Positions 30,976 to 40,680 of a DNA stretch of 64,000 bases are shown here, piece after piece. The translations under genes and the position numbers were made by a program. The notes under the pieces were generated by a model that was not told where the DNA came from, did not search any database, and was given only the letters and a program-made list of their open reading frames with translations. The DNA is from Longimicrobiales bacterium. Lineage in GTDB: Bacteria > Gemmatimonadota > Gemmatimonadetes > Longimicrobiales > Gaopeijiaceae. Each line of letters begins with the position of its first letter. Position 1 is the stretch's first letter. The stretch lies in the NCBI GenBank assembly GCA_963664435.2, contig CAXXKM010000001.1, positions 768,001 through 832,000 on the forward strand, written 5' to 3'.

Positions 30976-31710
30976 CTACCGGCGCCGCTTCCGGACGGGC
31001 AGGGTCCGGGCAGTCCGGATATTGCCGGCGGATCGGTCATGCGGCTCCCGCACCGGCCGAAGTCCCGGGCGCGCCGCCAATCGCGGGATGCGGTCCGGAT
31101 CGACCTCGTCCGCCGCCCGGGCCAGCCGCGCGCGCACCGATCCGGGCACCCTGTGCAGATCGCCGTCTCCGAAGGAAGTAAGCGCCTTCAGCGCACCTGG
31201 CGGATCGAATCGGTCGCCGAATACGGCGGCGGCCGCTCCCAGCGCCCGTCCCAGGCTGATGCCGCCCGACCGGAGGAGGGCATCGATGTCGAGGTAGTCC
31301 GCCGCGCGGGAACAGGTCTGGACCGCCTGGACGGTGGCGGCCGCAAGGTCCACCAGGGAGGCGACCTCGATGCCGGGCGGTTCGGCGAGGTCCGGACCCC
31401 CCACACGGTTGCGCACCACGCCGCCCGAGAACGAGATGCGCACGATTCCGCCGCGATCGACGATGCACGTGAGCGTGTCCCTGCCCCGCCGGATGACCTC
31501 GGCGTCGCGCAGGTAGGGGACCTTGTCGAGGAGCCGAAGAGGGTCGAATGCCTCCGTCGACAGGAAGCTGAAGTCCTCCGGTCTGCGATGGGCCATCCGG
31601 AGCGCGAGCGCGGCTCCGCCATGGAGGACGAACCCGCGTGGCGTGGTCCCGAGCTCCCCAAGCAGGCGCTGTTGATGATGGGAGAGAGTTTCCAGGAGAG
31701 GGTGAAACAG
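30976..31710 (-). CDS. AbiEii/AbiGii nucleotidyltransferase-family protein, probably catalytically degenerate; proposed CTG start
   Basis: FVLHGGAALALRMAHRRPEDFSF, ADYLDIDALL and LKALTSFGDGDL. Family-like sequence extends upstream of ATG 31596 to CTG 31710, which follows AAGGAGG. Confidence 0.72.
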   Translation of the reverse strand: MFHPLLETLSHHQQRLLGELGTTPRGFVLHGGAALALRMAHRRPEDFSFLSTEAFDPLRLLDKVPYLRDAEVIRRGRDTLTCIVDRGGIVRISFSGGVVRNRVGGPDLAEPPGIEVASLVDLAAATVQAVQTCSRAADYLDIDALLRSGGISLGRALGAAAAVFGDRFDPPGALKALTSFGDGDLHRVPGSVRARLARAADEVDPDRIPRLAARPGLRPVREPHDRSAGNIRTARTLPVRKRRR

Positions 31711-31872
31711 GAGGTGCCTCCTTGTCTTCCTGTGCTACGTTCCGTTACGGGACTTGCCTGGCGGGGTCCGCATATCAGGGACAGCAGGTCTGGAGCATCC
31801 GTGGCGCGCTGCCGGGTCCCCGGACGACGTTGCGCGGTGGAGTTGGTCGGAATCCGGCAACACGGGAGAGTA

Positions 31873-32448
31873 ATGTCGAAGAGGGCGCATGCCGAGAACC
31901 GGGATTCCGGTCGTGCCGGGGAGGCGAGAGGATCGCGCTCCGCCGTGATCGCGTTTGTGGCCACGGCCTTGGTGCTGCACGGAATCTTCACGGTCGCCCT
32001 CCCCGCGCTGATCCTGGGCCGAACCGAAGGCGTGGCGATGCTCCACCCGGACATCGGTCTCGCGCGCTGGCTGGGCGCCGGGCTAGCGGGCTTCGGCATC
32101 TACCTCTATCTGTGGTCGGCGGTGCAGTTGCTGCGTCGCCGGACGTCCGCCGTCCCCGGGAAGACCGCCGCCGCGCTCCTCACACATGGCTGGTACGGGC
32201 GCACCCGTCATCCGCTCTTGCTGGGCGTGGTCGCCATTCTGTTCGGGGAGACCGTCTTCTTCTCGTCGCTGGCCCTGCTCGGCTATGCGCTGGCGTACTG
32301 GCTGTGGCTCACCGTGTTCGTGACCGTGAGGGAGGAGCCGGACCTGCGTCGGACCTTCGGTGCGGACTATGATGCGTATTGCCGGGAGGTGCCGCGCTGG
32401 ATTCCGAGGGGGGGAGCGCGGCCGGCCTCCGCCTCTTCTTCGACTTGA
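31873..32448 (+). CDS. Isoprenylcysteine carboxyl methyltransferase/PEMT-family membrane protein
   Basis: LLTHGWYGRTRHP and EEPDLRRTFGADYDAYCREVPRWIP. Confidence 0.85.
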   Translation: MSKRAHAENRDSGRAGEARGSRSAVIAFVATALVLHGIFTVALPALILGRTEGVAMLHPDIGLARWLGAGLAGFGIYLYLWSAVQLLRRRTSAVPGKTAAALLTHGWYGRTRHPLLLGVVAILFGETVFFSSLALLGYALAYWLWLTVFVTVREEPDLRRTFGADYDAYCREVPRWIPRGGARPASASSST

Positions 32449-32511
32449 CCGCAGCGTGTCGATTCCGGATGCTGCCCGGATGATCGCACCCTCCCTTCCC
32501 GGAGAGCCTCC

Positions 32512-33093
32512 TTGCCCACACTGCCCGTGACCATTTGGCGCACCCGCTTCGAGCGCCTGCTCGAGGCCATCGTGCTCGTGCTCGTCGGGGCGCTGGCCGT
32601 GGTCGTCGTGATGGGCGTGGGTTTCCGCAAGTTCGGGGCGGCGCTGGTGTGGTACGACGAGGTGGCGTCGATTCTGCTGGCCTGGCTTACCTACTACGGG
32701 GCGGCGCTGGCGGCCCTCAAGCGCGCGCACATCGGGTTTCCCAACCTGGTGCGCCGACTGGGGCGGCCATGGCGGATCCCGGTCGTGGTCGCGGGAGAGG
32801 CGGTGGTGATCGCGTTCTTCCTGATCGCGGCGTGGGCGGGGTGGCGGGTGCTGGTCATCCTGGAGGGCTCCGGCATGGTGAGCCTGCCGTGGGTGCCCAC
32901 CCGGCTGACCCAGTCGGTCATCCCCATCGGGAGCGTGCTCTTCGTCATCGCGCAGCTGCTGAGCCTGCCGGAGATGCTGCGGGCCGGCGAGGTCGGGTCG
33001 CGCGAGGGAACCGGCGGCGGGTCGCCGGATGCGGGCGGCGGGGGCGCGACGGGCCCGGCGGCGGCTGGAGTCCCGAGCGAGGGCGGCCCGTGA
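32512..33093 (+). CDS. dctQ: TRAP small permease DctQ
   Basis: Four TM segments; WYDEVASILLAWLTYYGAALA..AHIG. Confidence 0.88.
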   Translation: MPTLPVTIWRTRFERLLEAIVLVLVGALAVVVVMGVGFRKFGAALVWYDEVASILLAWLTYYGAALAALKRAHIGFPNLVRRLGRPWRIPVVVAGEAVVIAFFLIAAWAGWRVLVILEGSGMVSLPWVPTRLTQSVIPIGSVLFVIAQLLSLPEMLRAGEVGSREGTGGGSPDAGGGGATGPAAAGVPSEGGP

Positions 33094-34373
33094 CCCTGCT
33101 GCTGATGTTCCTGGGGATGATCGCGCTGGTGACGATCAACGTGCCCATCGCGGTCGCATTGGGCGTCATCGCGCTGATCGCGATGGTGGTGACCTCGGGC
33201 GCCGCGGCCATCCCCAACGCCGGCCTCGTACTCTTCACGGGCGCCACCTCCTTCCCGCTGATCGCCATCCCGCTCTTCATACTCGCGGGCGCGATCATGA
33301 ACGCAACCGGGATCTCGCGCCGCCTGATCGCCTTCGCCTCCGCGCTTTTCGGCGCCATCCGCGGCGGGCTGGCGATGGTGTCCATCTCGGCGTCCCTCTT
33401 CTTCGCCGAGATCTCCGGCTCCGCGGTGGCGGACGTGGCCGCGCTCGGATCGATCCTGATCCCGGCGATGAAAAAGCGCGGCTACTCGACTCCGTTCGCG
33501 GCCGCGGTCACCTCCTCCTCGGCGACGCTCGCGGTCATCATCCCGCCCTCCATCCCCATGATCATCTACGGGGTGATGTCGGAGAGCTCCATCGTCGAGT
33601 TGTTCGTGGCCGGGGTCATCCCCGGCGTCGTCGGCGGCATCCTGCTGATGGCGGTGGCGTACGCGCTGGCGCTGCGGAACGGCTTCCCGGTCGAGCACGC
33701 CTTCCAGCTGCGCCGCGTATGGACCACCTTCCGCGACGCCGGCTGGGCGCTCCTCCTCCCCGTGATCATCCTCGGCGGCATCTTCACCGGGTGGGTCACC
33801 GCCACGGAAGGGGCCGGGCTGGCGGTGGTGGCCGCGCTGGTGGTGGGCGGGCTCATCTACCGGGAAATCGACCTGGCCGCGCTGCGCCGGGCCGCCCTCG
33901 ACGGCGGCGTGCAGACCGCCGTGGTCATGCTGCTGGTGGCCACCTCGGCGCTGCTGGGCGACTACCTCACCGAGGCCCAGGTCCCGCAGCGGGTGGCCGA
34001 CAGCATCATCGGCATCACCGAGTCGCGCTGGGCCATCCTCGCGCTGCTGAACGTCTTCTTCCTGGCGATCGGGCTCTTCCTGCACTCCGCCGCGGCCATC
34101 ATCCTGGTGGTGCCCGTGGTGATGCCGCTGGTGCACGCGGCGGGGATCGATCCGGTGCACTTCGGCCTGGTGGTGACCCTCAACCTGGGGATCGGGCAGC
34201 AGACGCCCCCGGTGGCCAGCGTGCTGGTGACGGCGTGCTCGGTGGCCAAGGCCGACATCTGGGACGTCAGCAAGGTGAACGTCTACTTCGTGGCGGTGCT
34301 GCTGGCGGTGCTGGTGATGGTCACCTACCTCCCCGCCGTGCCCATGAGCCTGGTGGAGCTCTTCTACCGGTAG
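33090..34373 (+). CDS. dctM: TRAP large permease DctM
   Basis: GTG start overlaps the dctQ stop; AIPLFILAG, ISGSAVAD, IIPPSIPMI and DPVHFG..IGQQTPPV. Confidence 0.92.
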   Translation: MTLLLMFLGMIALVTINVPIAVALGVIALIAMVVTSGAAAIPNAGLVLFTGATSFPLIAIPLFILAGAIMNATGISRRLIAFASALFGAIRGGLAMVSISASLFFAEISGSAVADVAALGSILIPAMKKRGYSTPFAAAVTSSSATLAVIIPPSIPMIIYGVMSESSIVELFVAGVIPGVVGGILLMAVAYALALRNGFPVEHAFQLRRVWTTFRDAGWALLLPVIILGGIFTGWVTATEGAGLAVVAALVVGGLIYREIDLAALRRAALDGGVQTAVVMLLVATSALLGDYLTEAQVPQRVADSIIGITESRWAILALLNVFFLAIGLFLHSAAAIILVVPVVMPLVHAAGIDPVHFGLVVTLNLGIGQQTPPVASVLVTACSVAKADIWDVSKVNVYFVAVLLAVLVMVTYLPAVPMSLVELFYR

Positions 34374-34439
34374 CGGAAGTGCTCACGTCTGCCATTTTGT
34401 CAGGTGGCAACCGGTGAGTCTGTTAAAGGAGGGAACGAC

Positions 34440-34619
34440 ATGAAGATCCTGAAGTCCTGGTGGCCGGTGTTCATCCTCGGAGCAATTGCTTCCTCCGGCG
34501 GCCTGCTCAACTGGTTCTGGGACCGGATCCCACCCGACGTGACGTTGGCCATCGCCGGGATCGGACTGGTCTGCGTGGTGCGGGGAATCGGCACGCGTTT
34601 GTTCCCGGGAGAGGACTGA
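34440..34619 (+). CDS. Small two-TM hypothetical protein (59 aa)
   Basis: Strong AAAGGAGG RBS; two hydrophobic segments. Confidence 0.6.
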   Translation: MKILKSWWPVFILGAIASSGGLLNWFWDRIPPDVTLAIAGIGLVCVVRGIGTRLFPGED

Positions 34620-34655
34620 ACCTTCGGGATCAGCCGGAATGGCGGACACGTCCTC

Positions 34656-35480
34656 TCAGATGGCCTGCTCGCGTACGATGCGCCGCACCCCCTCCTCGAG
34701 CCGCGCCAGGTAGTCGTCGAGGTGCTCCGCCGCGATGGGGTTGCCATGGATGGGCGCTACCCAGGACACGTCACGCGCTTCGACCATCTCCCGCAGCACC
34801 CCCATGAGCACTGCCGGATCCGCGTAGCGAAGCCAGATCAGCGTGTCGCGGTGGAAGGTGTAGATCTCCTCGCTCCGGAAGCCTTCCGGCAGCTGGCGCG
34901 AGGTCAGCCCCGTTTCGTCGTCGGCGTGGTGATAGCCGAAGCCGTCCGCGACGAAGAGCACGCGCGAGGCCCGGTCGTACATCCACGAGGTGTGGGAGCG
35001 GTCCGCGAGCGGCGGGTCGATGAAGTCGATCTCCCGTCCGGCCACTTCCAGGCTCCCCCCGATCCGGCTGCGGCGGGCATACGGAAGCCCCTGGATCTCC
35101 GGCTCACCGGACGAGGCCACGATCTCGAAATCGCCCCACCGGCGCCGGAACGCGGGAATGTTGCCGGAGTGCGGATAGTCGGAGTGGGACAGCACCAGCG
35201 AATGGATGCCTTCCCCGGCGGTGGCGCGCGAGATGCGGCGCACGAGGCTCTCGCGATGATAGAACGAGCCCGAATCGATGAGGATGTTCTTCTCCGCCGC
35301 GCGGATCAGGAACACGCTCACGTGGACGTTCCGCCCCGCGCCGAGCGGATAGTTCTCGGCGATCCAGGAGACGTCTCGCGTGAGCGCCACCTCCGGACCC
35401 GCGCCCGGCGCCGTGGCCATCGCCTGCTCCCGCGCCACGGAACTCTCGGCACGCCCGCCCGACCCCGCTACCCCGCTCAC
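34656..35480 (-). CDS. MBL-fold protein, FprA/ODP-like di-iron domain without flavodoxin
   Basis: LIDSG, LSHSDYPHSGN, LFVADGFG and APIHG; GTGA overlap with the upstream paralogue. Confidence 0.8.
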   Translation of the reverse strand: MSGVAGSGGRAESSVAREQAMATAPGAGPEVALTRDVSWIAENYPLGAGRNVHVSVFLIRAAEKNILIDSGSFYHRESLVRRISRATAGEGIHSLVLSHSDYPHSGNIPAFRRRWGDFEIVASSGEPEIQGLPYARRSRIGGSLEVAGREIDFIDPPLADRSHTSWMYDRASRVLFVADGFGYHHADDETGLTSRQLPEGFRSEEIYTFHRDTLIWLRYADPAVLMGVLREMVEARDVSWVAPIHGNPIAAEHLDDYLARLEEGVRRIVREQAI

Positions 35481-36280
35481 AACACCCCCGTCCGGCCACC
35501 GGTCGCCACCCGCTCCACGACCTCCTTCATCATCTCGAAGTAGCGCGGCACGTCGGCGCGAATCACGGGCCCGTGCGCGGAGGCGATCATCGCCGGGCGA
35601 TACCTCGCCAGCACCAGATCGATTTCCTTCTGCGTGCGCGCCACATCCACATACCGCATCCAGAACATGACCCGCCCGTGGAACTCTGCGTAGCGGTCCA
35701 CGTCCACGGGAGAGGAGAACTCGTCCGCGAACAGAAGCCCTTCCCCGTCCATCAGCGGCAGCCCCATCCAGTCGACCGGCAGGAGCATCCCCGAGGTCTC
35801 CTCGGTCATCCACATCGACATCGCCGCGTCCAGGAAGGCGGCGTCATGGAAGTGCAGCCGCTGCCCGCCCAGGTCGAGCGAGTCACCGGGGCCCACCTTG
35901 TGCGCGTCTTCCAGGTGATAGAGCTCGTGCGTCCTTCCGAAGCGGGGCGCAACCAGCGTCGCCCCGGGATGGCGCTCCAGGATGCGGAAGGTGTTGCCCG
36001 CGTGGGGAACGTCAGGGTGCGAGAGCGCCAGATAGTCGAGCGCGCGACCGTCCAGCACGGTCTCCAGGTCCGCGAGCATCTGCTCTGCCGCGGCCGGCGA
36101 CAAGGTGTCGAAGAGGAGCGTCCGCTCCCCTGCGAAAAGGAAGGCGTTCTGCGGGACGTGGATCTCGCGCCCGGGGCGATACCAGTGGGCTCCGCGATCG
36201 ACCAGGGACTTCGCGATCCCCGGCCGATCCGGCCCGAACTCCTGAATCCAGTGGATGCCGGGATGAATTTCTCTGGGCAT
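35477..36280 (-). CDS. MBL-fold protein, FprA/ODP-like di-iron domain without flavodoxin
   Basis: QNAFLF..LLFDT, LSHPDVPHAGN, LPVDWMG and ASAHGP. Confidence 0.8.
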   Translation of the reverse strand: MPREIHPGIHWIQEFGPDRPGIAKSLVDRGAHWYRPGREIHVPQNAFLFAGERTLLFDTLSPAAAEQMLADLETVLDGRALDYLALSHPDVPHAGNTFRILERHPGATLVAPRFGRTHELYHLEDAHKVGPGDSLDLGGQRLHFHDAAFLDAAMSMWMTEETSGMLLPVDWMGLPLMDGEGLLFADEFSSPVDVDRYAEFHGRVMFWMRYVDVARTQKEIDLVLARYRPAMIASAHGPVIRADVPRYFEMMKEVVERVATGGRTGVL

Positions 36281-36387
36281 GGCGCGTGTCGAGGAGGATG
36301 ACGCCTCTCCCATGAGAGGCACCCGAAGGTGCAATTGCACGAGCGCCGGCGCCAGAGGTGCGCCGGGTCCGGCCCGTCGCGGGGGCT

Positions 36388-37803
36388 TCAGGCCGCCTCA
36401 TCCTCCGCTCCGGTGGCCGGAATCCTCGCAATCAGCAGCGTGCACATGGCCGCCAGGATCAGAGAGGCCGCGGCCGGGAATCCGCCTCGCGATGCATCGC
36501 CGACCGGGGCAGCCGGCTCGAAGGCGGGCACCTGCTCCCAGTTCACCTGAGGGATCGCCGCGGCCGAGAACAGTGCCGGCTGGAAATGGGCCTTGAGGCG
36601 CTCGTGGTAGCGCCGGACCGCGTCCTGATAGGCGAGTTGGGCAGGCAGATCGGTGGAGGCGAGACGGTCGAGCGCAATTCGTGTTGCGACCGGCGGCACC
36701 AGCAGGGACCATCGGCCGGCCCAGTCGTCCCGTCGTGTCAGGACATCCCGGTAGGCGCGGGAGGCATCCCGGGCGGCCTGATCGCCCCGGTGATTCATCG
36801 CATAATACCAGGCCCAGGAGAACTCGTCTTCCGGGACGGTCCAGTCGCTCCACTGCGGGTAGTCCTCGAAGAAGGCTTCCATCGTCTCGGACGGCGGAAG
36901 ATCCCACGCCTCGTGATATCCCTGACGTTGGCGCACAGTCAGCTCCAGCGCCTCGGGCACGGGGTGCAGGATGGCGTTCGTCAGGCTCAGGACCGCCGGA
37001 GCCAGGAAGGTGAACGTCACCCACACCCCCACCAGGATCATCGCGTTGGCGGTTGAGGAGCGACGTCCGGCGGCGACGCCCACGCACAGCGCGAACCAGA
37101 AAAGGGTGTGCAGGGCGATCAGCGCGGCCGCCCAGCCCGCGTGGCCATCGCCTTCGATGCCCGTCAGCGATGCCCCGATCACCGCCAGTGACGTTACCAG
37201 GCCCCCAATGAGGATCACGCGCGCGCCGATCTTTGCGGCGACCAGCCGCCGGGGTCGGGCGAAGAGCCGCGCCATGTCCCAGGTGCCGCGCTCACGCTCT
37301 CCCGAAACGATGTCGTAGGTGACGGCAATGACGAAGAGGGGAAGCAGGGCGATGAGGATGAAGCTCAGATCGAGGCGCCCCGCGGCTGCGAGGCGCGGAT
37401 TCAGCGTCTCCTGCTCGTAGAGCTGTCCTTCGAGGGCCAGCAGCCTGATGCGCAGGCTGGCCGTCTCGACCTCCGCCCTGCCGCTTGCGAGCACCGACAG
37501 TCGGGATGGCGGCTGTGGTGCAGGAATGGCCAGGTAATACAACAACTCGCCCGCCTCGGTCGTCGGGGGATAGCGGGACATGAGATGGGCGAGCTGATCC
37601 CGGTAGGCGGTTTCGGCCGCTGCCGCGGCGGCCTCGGCCGTCTGGATTCTCAGGTTGCCCTGCCAGCTCGCATGGATGCCGAGCGCCAGCAGGAGAGCCG
37701 CCGCAACCGTTACGCCGCCGGAGCGGATCACCCGGGCGAGTTCAAGCCGAATGAGACGTACCCACGCTCTCGCGCTTTCAGACCCCACCTTGCCGGCTCT
37801 CAT
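36388..37803 (-). CDS. ABC-2-type permease, DUF3526 family
   Basis: LEGQLYEQETLNP..GRLDLSF, SGERERGTW and RQGYHEAWD..FSWAWYYAM. Confidence 0.82.
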   Translation of the reverse strand: MRAGKVGSESARAWVRLIRLELARVIRSGGVTVAAALLLALGIHASWQGNLRIQTAEAAAAAAETAYRDQLAHLMSRYPPTTEAGELLYYLAIPAPQPPSRLSVLASGRAEVETASLRIRLLALEGQLYEQETLNPRLAAAGRLDLSFILIALLPLFVIAVTYDIVSGERERGTWDMARLFARPRRLVAAKIGARVILIGGLVTSLAVIGASLTGIEGDGHAGWAAALIALHTLFWFALCVGVAAGRRSSTANAMILVGVWVTFTFLAPAVLSLTNAILHPVPEALELTVRQRQGYHEAWDLPPSETMEAFFEDYPQWSDWTVPEDEFSWAWYYAMNHRGDQAARDASRAYRDVLTRRDDWAGRWSLLVPPVATRIALDRLASTDLPAQLAYQDAVRRYHERLKAHFQPALFSAAAIPQVNWEQVPAFEPAAPVGDASRGGFPAAASLILAAMCTLLIARIPATGAEDEAA

Positions 37804-39231
37804 TTCGAGGGGCGGTCCACGCCCACGCGCGGCAGCCGCTTGCGACCCAGACCGAGGCCCGCGAGAGGAAGGGCGATCCACAGCCCCAGCGCGGCCAGCG
37901 AAAGAGGACGGTCGGCCAGGACCCGGCGGAGCGAGGGCGGGTCCGGCCGAAACACCGGGAACTGTGTCCAGCGCTCGCGCGCAATGCGCTGAGCGCGGTC
38001 GTTCTCGAAGTGGATCTCGTGGATGTGCAGGTCGTTCAGCCGCTGGATCATGTCGTAGCGATGGGCCTCGGCCTCGGCGCGGAACGCCTCCACAGCTTCC
38101 GGCCCGCTTCCCGCCGCCGCCATCGACAAGTCCCGCACCGCCAAATGGGGAGAGAGCAGCCCCAGCCACGCCATGACCCGGTCCTGCCTGCGATGAACGG
38201 CGAGCAGCTGTTGCTGATGCTCCTCGTTGATCCGGCTGGTGACCGCCTCTCCCTCGCGGCTTACCACTCCTGCCCAGTTGATCGGAAGCTCCTCGACCGA
38301 CGCCACCTGGTAGCGCGCCAGGTATTCGTCGCGCAGTGCACGGAAGAAGGGATCGTCCGGGTTGTGGCTGTCCCCCACCTGCCTCTGTGCTTCCTCCACC
38401 TCGGCGGTGAACTGGGAGCGCGACGGCAGGGGATGAAGCGCGGCCGCAAGGGAGGCGCCGAGGCGCGGGGCGGCAACGCACAGCACGACCCAGATGGCGA
38501 CGAGCTGGGCGAGAGCGGCCCGGGAAGAGGCTCTGCGCGACGAGACCCACACGGTAAGCAGAACCCACCCTGCCAGGTATGCCGCGTAGGTGGCCGCAAG
38601 CGCCAGCATCCGCGGGATCGAGGCCTGGTCCAGACCTTCGACGGTGACGAATGCGGCCGCGACCAGCCCGATCGGAAGGGCCGCCGCGAGGGCCGCGGCT
38701 CCGACGCCCAGCACCTTCCCCGCCATGATCTGCGCGGGAGTCGCGCCCTGGGCCAATAGTAGCGGAAGAGTCCCCTTTTCCCTCTCGCCGCTTACCGATG
38801 CGAATCCTGCGGCCACCACCAGCAACGGCACGAGCAGCCCCAGCACGGCGGCGCCCGAAACTCAGCATTGCAGTCGCGTGTCGCGCATCGCCGAAGCTGG
38901 CGCTGTTCTGCCGGTGCCCCTCCAGGTAGAGCGACGTCCCCGCGTAGGCGCCGACGCCCGGGTCGAAGAACGCCAGCGGTGCCTCTTCGCGGAAGACCAG
39001 GAACCCGTAGTGGATCACCCGGTGCGGATGCCGGTCCGGCTGCTCCGCCCACTGGCGATCGACCAGCGCCTGATAGCGGGCACGCTGTTCCGTCTCGCTC
39101 GCCGCGTGATGCCGGGCTCCGAGGACGGAGACGACACCCAGCGCGACGACGAGCCCCAGGAGGAACACGACGTAGCGATCCTCGCGCATCGCGCCAACCT
39201 GCCGCCGTGCGATCAACAGGACGTTGCTCAT
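37800..39231 (-). pseudogene. DUF3526-family ABC permease with frameshift near 38855
   Basis: N-terminal QPDRHPHRVIHYG..LEGHRQN is in one frame; LLVPLL..SGEREKGTL..GDSHNPDDP is in another. Confidence 0.8.
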
Positions 39232-39248
39232 CGTTGGGCGGGGCCCGT

Positions 39249-40679
39249 TCAGTCCGCTCCCCGCACCCGGCCGAGCCCCACCCCCGCGCCCGCGCCCGCC
39301 AGCAGGAGAAGTCCGCCCAGGACCGTGAGCGGAACACCCGCACGGCGTGTGACGTCGGTGGATTCCTCGTCCGCGAGACGGAACCTGGGCAGGTCGGGAA
39401 GGACGCTGGCGTCCATTTGCTCGCTGGCGAGGATTGCGGGCACGAAGAACTCCCGCCATTGCTCGGCGAACGCGCGCACCTGCGACTGGAAGCGGGCGAA
39501 ACGCGCGTCGCCCGTTCCCGCGGCGTCGATGAGCACCTCCTGCGCCAGGAGCGCCGGCGACAGGAATCGGTAACGGCGCACCAGCGCGATCTGCTCGGCG
39601 CGGCGTGCATCGTGTTCTCCCGTCACTTCCTCAAGGCGGCGGTTCACGGCGTCCGTGGCGGCCCAGGCGAGCGCGCCCAGGCCGGGCTCGTCGGCCACCA
39701 CGCCGCCCGCCATCTCCGGATGGTCCTCCAGATAGCGGGCGAGGAGTTCGCTGCGTTGGTTCACGGCGTCGTTGGAGGCCTCGCGCTGGGCGGTGACCAT
39801 CTGAACGCGGGAGGGCAGCGGGTGCAGCAGGCCCGACGCGATGTTGATGGCGGCCGGCAGCACCACCACCAGAACCAGCCACGCGCCCACCAGCACGGTG
39901 GCGTTCCACGCGGAGGATCGCCGCAGGGTGTTCACCCACGCCGCGAGCACGAACCAGAAGAGCGCGTAGGTGACCACCGTGGCGCACCAGAGAAGCACCT
40001 GGCCAGGCGAACCGAAGCCCCCCGTGACCAGAATGCCGAGCAGCGAGGCCGCCAGCACCATGCCCACGACCAGCAGTGCCCGGAAGGCCAGCTTCGCGGT
40101 CACGACGCTGCGGGCCGACACGGGCTGCGAGAGTGTCAGGGCCAGGGTTCCCTGCTCGCGCTCCTCGGACAGAACGTTGTAGCTGAGCGCCAAGACCAGG
40201 AGCGGCAGAAGGTAGATCACCACGAACGCCAGGTCGAAGCGCCCGACCATCAGGTTGAGGGGATTCTCGACCTCGCCGTTCTGGTGGAAGGACGACTCGT
40301 TGGTGTAGATGTTGACGTCGTAGTAGTACGGCAGGAGATCGCTCTGACCGACCGCGAGAGCCGTCAAGGGACCCGGTTCGAGCACCGCGGTGTGGCTGCC
40401 GCGGGCCCCACCCAGCACGTTGGGAGCGCGGGGATCGGCGAAGCGCGACGCCGGCTCGGCGCCGTTCTCGATGGCGGCCAGTTCCTGCTCGATGGCACGG
40501 ACGCGCTCGACGTTGTCGGTCTGCACGGCCTCCACCGTGCGCTCCTGAAACCGCATCCAGACGACGCCGTTGGCCAGCGCGTAGACGAGAAGGACGGCGA
40601 AGAGCCCAAGCACGATGCGGAGCGCCCGATCGGCCATGAGCAGACGCCATTCGTTCCGGAGGACGGTGCGCGCGGTCAT
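39249..40679 (-). CDS. ABC-2-type permease, DUF3526 family
   Basis: LAVGQSDLLP, ENPLNLMVGRFDLAFV..LLPL and LSEEREQGTL. Confidence 0.88.
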   Translation of the reverse strand: MTARTVLRNEWRLLMADRALRIVLGLFAVLLVYALANGVVWMRFQERTVEAVQTDNVERVRAIEQELAAIENGAEPASRFADPRAPNVLGGARGSHTAVLEPGPLTALAVGQSDLLPYYYDVNIYTNESSFHQNGEVENPLNLMVGRFDLAFVVIYLLPLLVLALSYNVLSEEREQGTLALTLSQPVSARSVVTAKLAFRALLVVGMVLAASLLGILVTGGFGSPGQVLLWCATVVTYALFWFVLAAWVNTLRRSSAWNATVLVGAWLVLVVVLPAAINIASGLLHPLPSRVQMVTAQREASNDAVNQRSELLARYLEDHPEMAGGVVADEPGLGALAWAATDAVNRRLEEVTGEHDARRAEQIALVRRYRFLSPALLAQEVLIDAAGTGDARFARFQSQVRAFAEQWREFFVPAILASEQMDASVLPDLPRFRLADEESTDVTRRAGVPLTVLGGLLLLAGAGAGVGLGRVRGAD

Positions 40680-40680
40680 G

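Noticed and set aside
31039..31872. N-terminal extension of the ICMT-like ORF
   Set aside because: It is antisense to the AbiEii-like gene; the likely start is ATG 31873 after GGGAGAG.
21861..34650. Integron cassette array
   Set aside because: Gene orientations are mixed, no intI is present, and no RYYYAAC...GTTRRRY attC pairs were found by eye.
36388..39459. Genuine 1023-aa protein
   Set aside because: It is a composite of one permease N-terminus, off-frame sequence and the next permease, created by a frameshift.
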